From a bacterium (lineage in GTDB: Bacteria; Hinthialibacterota; Hinthialibacteria; Hinthialibacterales; Hinthialibacteraceae), in the NCBI GenBank assembly GCA_963663405.2, contig CAXXSM010000138.1:1-25355 (forward strand): 25,355 nucleotides of DNA, given 5' to 3'. Below the pieces are notes generated by a model. The model was not told where the DNA came from and made no database searches. It worked only from the letters and a program-made list of their open reading frames with translations. Below are positions 16,536-25,355 of this stretch, piece by piece (position 1 is the first letter of the stretch; every line of letters starts with the position of its first letter). A program made the position numbers and the translations under genes.

Positions 16536-18398
16536 ATGAGCCGGAATTGGACTTCTCTCGCTCAATTTAAACATGAATATTTAAAGGGGAATCTCTCGGC
16601 GCTGCGGGTGAGTCAGCCCTACCTTGTTCCCCGGCTCGACACGCATTTCGATCGATCGGATATCTTTCTCCGGCGGGATGAATCGGACCGGTTTGAATGT
16701 CTCTATAAAACAGCCGGTGGAGAGTTTACCGTTCATGGCGCCGATTCGATTCAAGAAGAGATCGTCCGGTTTTCCACCCCCATTCGTGAAGCGTTTAAAA
16801 AGGGAACTTGGTTGTGCTTATGTGTTAGCGCTGGGATGGGTATTGTATTGCCTTCCCTTGCCGCCTATTTGGAACGGAGCCATCGCGGGGAACCGAAAGG
16901 CTTGCTGGTATTAGAGCAGGATCCAGGATTGTTGTGCGCCGGATTGTGTATGTACGACTACCGGGCGGTACTGTTATCAGGCCGGATTCTATTTGCGCTA
17001 GGGCCGAATTTGGGGGATGCGCTGCGGCAGATTCTATCGGATCATCATCTCGAGATTTTGGAATCCGATCAAATCCATACGGCGCCTGGTTATCAGGTGA
17101 ATGATCCAGAGCGCAAGGACGATTACGAATACGCGCTGAAGGTTTTTCATAACGAGCATGCGAAAAGACGGGAAGGCTATCAAACGCTGCTGCGTAAGGC
17201 GGAAGAACATTGGTCCGCTCCGCGCGCAGAGATTCAGCGTGTTTGGACGCATATCACGGATGACCGCGCTTCGGGCGCGATTCTAACAGGCTTGTCGGAG
17301 GGATTCGGCGCTCTTGCTTTGGAATCGAAAGCGCTTCGGTTTAAAGACCGCTTGTTTACGCGCTTTCACCGGTGTGTGTATGATGTTTTTTCATTTCTCC
17401 CCGATCTGTTGCTTGGGATCAATCATTCATCGAATTATACGGCCTCTTTCGCTCAAGAGATCCCCGTTCCACGGTTGATCTGGTTTGTCGATGATCCTGC
17501 GACTACGGTCGATGTTCCCTTCCATCCATTGGACCGCGTGGCCGCCGTTTCAGATACATTTTTTCCCGAAATCAAGCGGCGGGGGGGAAAAACAATTGGC
17601 GTGGTCCAAGCCGCCAGCGCTTCTCATTTTGAAAAACCAGCGCTCCATCCGGAATGGAAACATAACGTGAGTTATGTCGGTTCGGTTTCCGATTTTTCAT
17701 CGATTTTAAACGCAATGGATAAAAACACGCGGCGCCGGGTGGAAACGATTGTCAGCATGCAGATCGCCCAACCAATGCGTCCACTGGCCGATCTCCTCGC
17801 CGCCCATCCCATCGATCCCGCGATCCAAACTGAACTGGCCGAAAATCTGCGGAAAATTTTACCTAAGACCAGGATGATGACCGATGAACAAGCCCTTATG
17901 TATTTTCTTTATGCGGAGGCGAACACGCGCAGGCGGGTAAGAATCATGCGATCTTTACGAAACCAGACGAGTTTGGGGATTTACGGCCCCTCCAGCTGGC
18001 AGCGTGTTCTTCCGGATGAACGGCTGCGGCGCTGTTATCTCGGTTCGATCAACTCGGCGCGTGAATTGGGAAATTTATATCGGCGCAGCAAAATAAACCT
18101 CTGTGTCAATAGTCTGCAGGGCTTTGGTTTCGTGAATTCAAGACTCTTTGATGTGCCCGCGGCGGGTGGATTTCTCGCGGCGGAATGGGTTCCGGGAATT
18201 GAAGACTTTTTTGAGAAAGAGCGGGAACTGTTCTGGTTTAAGAATATCGATGAACTGCGCGCAATTATCGATCAGGCTCTGAGCGATGATAATCTGCGGG
18301 TGGCGGTTGTCTCCAGGGCGCAAACGCGGATTGAGAACGAACATACCTATAAACACCGGGCGGAGAGGATTTTGGATTTTTTTAATGAGAGTGAATAG
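16536..18398 (+). CDS. CgeB/DUF3880-like glycosyltransferase (C-terminal Glyco_trans_1_2-like domain), possibly for flagellar or surface glycosylation
   Basis: WFVDDP, VSYVGS, IYGPSSW, LYRRSKINL, NSRLFDVPAAGGF, AQTRIENEHTYKHRAERIL. Start moved to MSRNW (16536) because the longer N-terminus is read through a repeat element. Confidence 0.75.
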   Translation: MSRNWTSLAQFKHEYLKGNLSALRVSQPYLVPRLDTHFDRSDIFLRRDESDRFECLYKTAGGEFTVHGADSIQEEIVRFSTPIREAFKKGTWLCLCVSAGMGIVLPSLAAYLERSHRGEPKGLLVLEQDPGLLCAGLCMYDYRAVLLSGRILFALGPNLGDALRQILSDHHLEILESDQIHTAPGYQVNDPERKDDYEYALKVFHNEHAKRREGYQTLLRKAEEHWSAPRAEIQRVWTHITDDRASGAILTGLSEGFGALALESKALRFKDRLFTRFHRCVYDVFSFLPDLLLGINHSSNYTASFAQEIPVPRLIWFVDDPATTVDVPFHPLDRVAAVSDTFFPEIKRRGGKTIGVVQAASASHFEKPALHPEWKHNVSYVGSVSDFSSILNAMDKNTRRRVETIVSMQIAQPMRPLADLLAAHPIDPAIQTELAENLRKILPKTRMMTDEQALMYFLYAEANTRRRVRIMRSLRNQTSLGIYGPSSWQRVLPDERLRRCYLGSINSARELGNLYRRSKINLCVNSLQGFGFVNSRLFDVPAAGGFLAAEWVPGIEDFFEKERELFWFKNIDELRAIIDQALSDDNLRVAVVSRAQTRIENEHTYKHRAERILDFFNESE

Positions 18399-18443
18399 GT
18401 CAGAGAGTGAATAAGTCAGCTGATTTCTTGGAGTTTTATGTAT

Positions 18444-18463
18444 AGCCCTTTGGGCTTTTTTTT
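18444..18463 (+). terminator. Possible intrinsic terminator after the glycosyltransferase
   Basis: agccc-ttt-gggct followed by a T run; the stem is short. Confidence 0.5.
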
Positions 18464-18491
18464 CTGCGGGCGGGACGTCCGTGTTCCATTA
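18464..18491. repeat. REP-like palindrome, copy 2 (degenerate)
   Basis: ctgcgggcgggacgtccgtgttccatta; 23/28 identical to 379-406. Confidence 0.6.
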
Positions 18492-18592
18492 TAGACCACT
18501 ATATCTTGATATGTTTAGCGAATCATTCATCAATTTCTTGTGTGGGCGGGGATTTATGTGTTTTTCTCGCGATTGACCCGGAAAAATTTTCC

Positions 18593-18620
18593 TTGACAAA
18601 AAAATAAGATAACTTATACT
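18593..18620 (+). promoter_or_regulatory. Sigma70-type promoter for the flagellar regulatory cluster
   Basis: TTGACA (18593-18598), 16-nt spacer, TATACT (18615-18620), about 90 bp before the FlgN-like gene. Confidence 0.7.
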
Positions 18621-18708
18621 CGCTACAAGAGATATGGGATTTCCTTTAAACTTGATTCTAGGTAAGTGTTGAATTTTGCGGCATTTATTTAACTAACTGG
18701 AAAACGTG

Positions 18709-19168
18709 ATGGAGCAGCCGGATATTCTCCAACAGATGGAAGAGGCGTTGGATTCTGAATTAGTACTCTATCTGAAAATGCTGGATTTATCCGAGAAAAC
18801 AGATCGGCGAGATTGAAAAAGAACGTCCGGATGAGACAAAGATCGCGGACTTGATGCATCAAAAAATCACGTTGTTGGATGAGATCCGGCGGTTGGATGA
18901 TGAACATACCCCGGCGCGGGAGGAATGGAGGAAACAAGCCTCCCTGTATTCCCCTGAGCAGCGGGAAAATATCGCGGGGAAGAAAGAACGATACACACAA
19001 ATTCTGCAAAAATTGCAGATGTTGGAAGAACGTATCTCTGAAGGAATTAAACAGTGTGAAGACGAGGTGAATAAAGAACTTCGCTTATTGTATAAAAGCC
19101 GCTCCGCCACACGCGCGTATTTAAAATACGAAAGCGGCCCCCCGCGATTCATTGATAAAAGGAAGTAG
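18709..19168 (+). CDS. FlgN/FliT-like helical flagellar export chaperone, split by one extra A at 18796-18799 (about 152 aa corrected)
   Basis: Corrected protein MEQPDILQQMEEALDSELVLYLKMLDLSEKQIGEIE...QKITLLDEIRRLD...ATRAYLKYESGPPRFIDKRK fits the FlgN pattern (E..LY..LL.L...Q, terminal Y...F.D.K). Confidence 0.65.
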
Positions 19169-19296
19169 ATTGAGCGAATCCGGGAAACGATTCTTTATGT
19201 TTTGTTATGTCAATGGGTAATTCTGTATTTCAGCGCTTGGGATATCTTTTAATTTCCTAGGCGTTAGCAACGACACCAGGTTGAGGGTGGTTTACC

Positions 19297-20511
19297 GTGG
19301 TGAAACGAGGTGTCCTCGAACAGTCGAATGAGGAGGGAACGCCTCAGGCGGCCGATCCCAAGGCGCTGCTTGAGATCTATTCTCTATTTAACGAGAACAC
19401 AGAAAAACTGCGTCTCTCTTACGAACGCCTGGAACGCCGATTCCGGGAGATTGATCCCTATAATATTTATAATTCCATCACCGACGCGCTCATTACGCTC
19501 GATCGAAACGGAAATGTTCTCACGTTCAACCGGGCGGCGGAAACGATCTTCCAAGTCAAGGAACGAGACGCGATCAATCAATCGCTGATCCAAATCGTTA
19601 AACCATGCGAATCCGCGTTCAATCAATATAAGAGTGATGGCGCCACGGACGCGCGGTATGATATTTCCTTCACCAATAGCGAAGGATATCCAGTCTATCT
19701 GCGTGGGCGGTTTTCCCCTTTACTGGATCGTAACGGCGCCGTGATAGGCACAACGTGTTTGTTCGCCGATCTGAGCGTGGAACGGCTCTTGGAAGAGAAA
19801 GCCCGCCGTTCCGACCGGTTGACGGCGCTGGGCGAACTAGCGGCGGGTGTCGCGCATGAGATGCGGAATCCGCTGACCACAATTCGCGGATATCTGCAAA
19901 TTCTCCCTGCTAACAAAGACGATGTTGAGTTTATCCAGGAATTTTCCGAGAATCTGATCCGCGAAATCGATCGTCTAACCCGGTTGACGGAAAATTTACT
20001 TGATATGTCCAAGCCGATTTCGCCCGAGCTCCAAGTGGCTTCACTCTCGGATCTGGTCCAAGAAGTGGGCCTGTTTCTTTCGGACAAATTCGAGAACGCT
20101 AACGCGCGGCTTGTTGTGGAAGAGGATCCTGATGGGTGTCTCGTTTTAGTCGACAAGGACCGAATCAAGCAGGTTTTTATCAACCTGTTCATGAACGCGG
20201 TCGAAGCGATCCAAAGAGGGGGAGAAGTGCGGGCGCGATTCTCCCACCGGAATGAGCGGCTGAACGAAACGGAAGAACCGGAAACGTACGCCGTCGCGGA
20301 GGTAATCGACAATGGGCCGGGGATTCCACAGAATGTGTTGGAACGGTTGTTTGATCCATTTTTTACGACAAAAGATTCCGGGACGGGGCTGGGACTTTCC
20401 CTGTCTCACCGGATCGTGGAAGAGCATGGGGGATTTTTACGGGTTGACAGCGTGATGGGAGAAGGCGCCCGGTTCTGGATCTTACTTCCTCTGGCTGATG
20501 GAAACAAATAA
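19297..20511 (+). CDS. Cytoplasmic PAS histidine kinase, FleS/FlrB-like
   Basis: N-terminal YSLFNENTEKLRLSYERLERR resembles the FleS coiled coil; PAS domain; LGELAAGVAHEMRNPL; NLFMNAVEA; DNGPGI; LFDPFFTTK..GTGLGL. Confidence 0.9.
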   Translation: MVKRGVLEQSNEEGTPQAADPKALLEIYSLFNENTEKLRLSYERLERRFREIDPYNIYNSITDALITLDRNGNVLTFNRAAETIFQVKERDAINQSLIQIVKPCESAFNQYKSDGATDARYDISFTNSEGYPVYLRGRFSPLLDRNGAVIGTTCLFADLSVERLLEEKARRSDRLTALGELAAGVAHEMRNPLTTIRGYLQILPANKDDVEFIQEFSENLIREIDRLTRLTENLLDMSKPISPELQVASLSDLVQEVGLFLSDKFENANARLVVEEDPDGCLVLVDKDRIKQVFINLFMNAVEAIQRGGEVRARFSHRNERLNETEEPETYAVAEVIDNGPGIPQNVLERLFDPFFTTKDSGTGLGLSLSHRIVEEHGGFLRVDSVMGEGARFWILLPLADGNK

Positions 20512-20541
20512 ACCATAATGATTTGAAATTACAAAGGGCAA

Positions 20542-20695
20542 ATGAAAATGAGTGATGGGAGTCACGGTAGGGCGCCTTACGCTTTTTCGACCCACCGGGA
20601 ATGATTCACGAGAATAGGTTCAAGGTGGGCTACGCTTCGCTTAAGGCTCCGGCGTGAGCGCAGGTATTTAGCCCACTCTACATGCTCATTTTCAT
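20542..20695 (+). mobile_element. REPIN/MITE-like element of the ATGAAAATGAG family, between kinase and regulator
   Basis: Inverted repeats at 20542-20552 and 20685-20695; internal gtagggcgcc, cgacccacc, ggtgggc, gcccactctac. Confidence 0.65.
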
Positions 20696-20716
20696 ATTAA
20701 AGCGGGGATCAGTGGA

Positions 20717-22113
20717 ATGACGCAAAAAAAACTCATTGTTGTGGACGATGAACTGGGTATCCGGAATCTTCTGAGCCGTGTCTTGAAGGGGGAGGGATAC
20801 GATCTCCGCACGGCGGAATCGGGGGATGAAGCGATCGCCATGGTCAAAGAAGATCCACCCCGATCTCGTGTTATGCGATATTAAAATGCCAGGAAAAGAC
20901 GGAATTGAAACCCTGGATGAACTCAAACAGATCAAGGCGTCTATAGAAGTGATCATGTTGACCGCCCATTCCACCGTTGAGAGCGCAGTCGCGGCGATGA
21001 AGTTAGGCGCGGCGGATTATCTCAAGAAACCGTTTGATGTCGATGAGTTGAAAATCGTCATCAATAAGACACTCGGTGTGGCTGAATTGAAGCGGGAGAA
21101 CACCACTCTGCGTGAAGAAATCGGGCTGAAATATGGAATCGACCGGATTGTCGGCAAGCATCCAAAAATGCTGGAGATTTATGAATTAATCAAGACCGTG
21201 GCGCCGACGAAAAGCACCGTCTTGATTCATGGAGAAAGCGGAACGGGAAAAGAACTGATCGCCGGGGCGATTCACTATCTCAGCCCGCGGCGGCATAAGC
21301 GGTTCGTGCAGGTCAACTGCGCCGCGATCTCTGAAGAGTTGTTGGAAAGTGAATTGTTTGGGCATGAGAAAGGCTCGTTTACCGGCGCGATCCGATCCAG
21401 CGAAGGGAAGTTTATCATGGCTGACGGCGGTTCGGTCCTGCTGGACGAAGTGAGTGAGATGAGTCCGAAACTACAGGCCAAGCTGCTGCGCGTTCTTCAA
21501 GAAAAAGAAGTCGATAAAGTCGGGGGCCGGGAGCCGGTGCCTGTTGACGTTCGGGTCATGGCGACGACCAACCGGAATTTAGAAGAAGAGATCAAAAAGG
21601 GGACACTTCCGGGAGGATCTTTATTACCGTTTGAATGTGGTTACGATCTCCTTCCCGCCACTGCGCGAACGGAAGAGCGATATTCCATTATTGGCTCAGC
21701 ACTTTTTCGAGAAATACAACCGGGAGATGAACAAACGGGTGGAGGGATTCGATATAGAGGCGGAACAGATCCTTCTCCGCTATCATTGGCCGGGCAACGT
21801 GCGTCAGTTAGAGAATTGCATCGAACGGGCGATCGTTTTATGCAAATCCAAGACAATCGGGAAAACACAATTGCCTCCTGAAATTTTCAAGGACGCTCCG
21901 ATGGAGAATGGAGAAGCGGAACCCGGGATACAAGTCGGTATGACCGTCGCGGAAATGGAAAAACAATTGATCCATTTAACCTTGGAGAGCACGAATGACA
22001 ACCGTACCCGCGCCGCGGAAATCCTGGGGATCAGCATCCGCACGCTGCGCAATAAGTTGAATGAATATAAGAAACAGAACCAAGAACCGTCATTAAGCGC
22101 TGTGAATGAATAA
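20717..22113 (+). CDS. Sigma54-dependent response regulator (REC-AAA+-HTH), FleR/FlrC/FlbD-like; two extra bases, at about 20858-20861 and at 21599-21602 (about 464 aa corrected)
   Basis: True start MTQKKLIVVDDE (20717). PDLVLCDIKMPG; Walker A GESGTGKE; ESELFGHEKGSFTGA; LLDEVSEM; restored GHFREDLYYRLNV; WPGNVRQLEN; HTH AAEILGISIRTLRNKLNEY. Confidence 0.92.
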
Positions 22114-22142
22114 GATTTTAGAATGATTGTTTCGAGGCGATT

Positions 22143-25100
22143 ATGGAACCTTTGCCCGAAGCCGCAACGTCAAAAACCATCTTTGTTCTCTCGCTTGAAC
22201 TCGGTGTGAGAAACGAGACCGTTCTTGCGGTAATGCGGGAAATGGGATTGGAGGCGGACAACCTATCCATATCGATCGATCCGGAAATACAGGAGTCGAT
22301 CGTTGAACGGATGGTTGAGAAGGGCGTAATCGCAGCCCGCGCCGCTGACGCAGCGAAGCGCCGTCAAATCACGGAACAGCCGTTCGCCGATGATGAAATC
22401 TTGGCGGAAGCCTTGGGCGCGAGTGAATTGGGGTATTCCGAAGCCCGGATTCCTCCACAAATTCTTCAGCAAACTTCCATCGCGGAAAAACCTTCGCTCT
22501 TTCAACGTTTGTTCGGCAAGAAAAAAGAGATCGCCCAAAGTCTTAAAGAATATGATGTGTCGGAAGAGGGAACTGCAAAACCTCTTTGAGGAATCCGGTG
22601 AATCGGAAGCCGAACCGGCGTCTATGCCTGTTATCGAAGTCGAACGGGAGGATTCTTTCCTCGAAGAAACCGGGGATATGGAAACCATACAAGACACGTT
22701 CGAAGAAGAGGCGCCGGAACTCGAAGAAGCGCTTTCTGATCTTGCGGAGGAAATGGAAGAAATCGATGGCAGCTTAACCGAGTTGGAAGAACTCGAAGGC
22801 GAAGAAGAACTGGAAGCCGTCGAAATAGAGGAAGAAGAAGAAATCACCGAACTGGATGATGAGGAATTGCAGGCCCTTTCCTCGTTGGAAGAAGAAGATC
22901 TCGGTGTGGAAGAATTGGAAATCGAAGACCAGGAATTCGATGAAGAACTTGAGATCGATGGATCACTCGCGGAGGAAGCATTAGAGGCGTCTGATGAAGA
23001 CCTGGCCCCGGTTCTCGAATCCGGGAAATTGGAAACGGAAGAACCCGCTCCCGGTTTTCTGGGGAAATATCTGAAAGGATTTCAATTCACTCAAACCGAA
23101 TTATACACGATGATGGGCGGCGGCGCCGTTATCACTCTTTTTGTGTTGGGCGTGACGTTTTATTGGTTATGGAATATAAGCCCCAAGGCTCAGAAAGGCT
23201 TGTGGGAACAGGCGGAGGAGTATTTTAAAAGCGCCCAGGAAGCGCAGCGTCTCAGCGAATATGACAAATCCGTCCAGGATTGGCGCCGTGCGGCGGAGAC
23301 ATACGCCAAGTTCTATGACAAATTTTCTGATCATCCCCTGGCGGGAGAAGCCTTTCATCGAACCTGCCGCAGTTATTACAACATGGCCAAAGACTATGAG
23401 GATTCAGACAGACAGGAAAAGAGTGAAGAACCCTACCAAAAAACGGCGGAATACTACCAACAGTTTTTAACGTATTTGGAGCGGATGGCCAACCGGATGG
23501 TGAGTGAAGATTCTCAAAATGTGGCCGCTTCGTTCCCTGATATTGACAAACAAAAAGAAGCCATGTTCCGCATCGCCTACGCCCAGCGCCGTCTTTTGCA
23601 ATTTGACACATCGGTAGAAAAATTACGGGAATTCGCCGGGCGTTTTCCCGATTCAGAAGAAGCGCGGGAAGCGCTGCTTGATATCGGAGACACCTACCGG
23701 GATTGGGCGAATGTGGATAAGGAGAGTGAATCCAGCCATTTAAAGGACGCGATTGACGCATACAAGGATGCGCTCGATCACATGGGGGAAACCGAGCGGG
23801 AACAACGCGCGAAGATTTACGCGGGATTGGGAGATATCGAGTATCGAAATTATGAAAAAGCCGACGCCGCCGGCGATGAACAAGGAAAGGCTGACGCCCA
23901 CTTGGGTGACGCCATCGCCTATTACGAATTGGCCGAAGCGGAACTTCGGGCTCTTGATAATCTCCCCATTGAAGAGAAAAAGCGCGTATTTAAAACCTTG
24001 GCGGATTTTAACTTGATTAGAGGTTGGAAGGCCAGCGAAGAATGGGAGGATATGGAGAAATCCGCTGAATCATTTCCAGCGGGAAGTCCTCTCAAGCAGA
24101 CCTTGTTGGACGCGATCGGCCGGAAGCGGGCGACGATTGAGGGCTATCTTAATAAAGCGGGCGTTCTCTATGATGAATTGCTGCGTGACCGGGATTTGCT
24201 GGAACCAGACATGTTTCAGGAAATCATGTACAACAAAGCCTATTCGCTCTATATCCTCAGGGAGTTTCCACAGACGATCACCGTTGGGGAAGAGTTGTTG
24301 GATCCATCGAATAATCTGGATACAAAAATGGCGGCCAAGGTCTATTACCTGTTGGGAAACGCCGCCTGGGAGGAAGCGGCGAGTACGGGGGATTACAGTA
24401 AAGTAAAACGGTATTACCGGGACGCGCTGCAATTGGATCCGTTCTACCCCGCCGAGGAGAAAGGAAAGATCAGCCATTTGGCCGAAATCCGGCTGACCAA
24501 CGCGTATTTCCTGCTGGATAAGAAATACGAAGAGGCCATCGCGCGTTTTCAGCGAGCCGTCGAGAACTACCCGGAAACGGGCTATTCGTATTTGACTCTC
24601 TGCTATTATGGAAAAGCCCTGGAAGATTACGGCGATGAATTGGTCTCTCAGGCGGTGGAAAAAGAACGCCAGGCCAAAGAGTTGGGGGGGGACGCTCAAT
24701 TAGAGGCCGAAGCGGGACAACTGCGTCAAAAAGCGCGTGATCAATTCCAAAAGGCTAAAGACGCCTATTCCAGAGCGATCAACAGCCGCGAGAATTCAAT
24801 CCACCGGGATACGATCAATGAAACATACTTGATTCGAGTTACATTCAACCGGGGACACAGCGCGTATAAGGCGGGATTGTTGGAAGAAAGCGCGCAGTTT
24901 TTCAACAGCGCTTTGGAGCAATTCAACGATCACCGGGTGGCCAAACCCTACATCCCACCCGCGATTGAACGGCTGGGTGACATTTATGTCCGCCTGGCCG
25001 ATTATGGTAAAGCCATCTCCTACTATAAAACCTATCTCAACAACGCCTTCGAAGACCGTAATAACCGGGTGACGATGAAACTGGGCGACGCCTATTTAAA

Positions 25101-25355
25101 GCAATTATCGTATGACAAAGCCCGAAGAGTGTACCAAGGGATCTTCGAAAACGATCCACCGCCTACTCTTCGAGAAATCCGCCGCCGGCAGAGTCAGGGG
25201 CTGCCCCTGGAGCGGACCGTTGGATTTGACGCGTTGCGGAAGATCGCTGAATCCTACTACCAAGAGGCGTATAGTTATTACGATAACGAACGGATCAAGA
25301 AACTCAACCAAGCTTTGGAGACTTACCAGAAATTAGCCAGTCTCTATCCTTGGGA
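22143..25355 (+). CDS. Large membrane-anchored TPR protein (at least 1070 aa, runs off the window end), split by one extra G at 22568-22570; mostly absent from the ORF track
   Basis: Removing one G gives VSEEELQNLFEES and a frame that reads open to 25355. It has an IF2_N-like start, an E/D-rich tract (about 22570-23045), a TM helix (about 23101-23172) and TPR-like helices such as FPDSEEAREALLDIGDTY, VYYLLGNAAW, AIERLGDIY and MKLGDAY. Confidence 0.85.

Noticed and set aside
15490-22589. Programmed ribosomal frameshifting, or separate genes at the split ORFs
   Set aside because: No canonical slippery heptamers or long phase-variable tracts; breaks fall inside conserved domains (H-box, REC, AAA+); all are +1 in runs of 3-5 nt.
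651-25336. Numerous antisense and alternate-frame ORFs in the track (e.g. 651..1400, 7375..7926, 19695..20312, 22263..22847, 24070..24699)
   Set aside because: They are shadows of well-supported genes on the other strand or frame, with no motifs of their own.

Overview
Bacterial chromosomal window mixing housekeeping genes with a flagellar regulatory cluster; no rRNA, tRNA, CRISPR array or transposase was recognised. The left part holds a partial lipoprotein, an RbsB-like sugar-binding protein, a YdbL/DUF1318-like lipoprotein, tpiA, ispF, a duplicated ABC-2-type permease, trxA and an RbsC-like permease. The centre has two paralogous secreted leucine-rich-repeat proteins. They share N- and C-caps, carry 2 versus 8 modules of 63 bp that vary mainly at the predicted binding face, and both end in DWSLH. 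An atypical RpoD-like sigma factor follows. The right part has a putative solute-binding protein, a PAS histidine kinase, a CgeB-like glycosyltransferase, a FlgN-like chaperone, a FleS/FleR-like sigma54 two-component pair and a long IF2_N-like/acidic/TM/TPR protein running off the window. Intergenic DNA carries at least five families of small repeated elements and a candidate sigma54-dependent small RNA upstream of tpiA. Six single-base homopolymer insertions break five genes and are most likely sequencing errors. The best candidates for new biology are the modular LRR pair with its putative C-terminal sorting tag, the sigma54 sRNA and the TPR hub-like protein.
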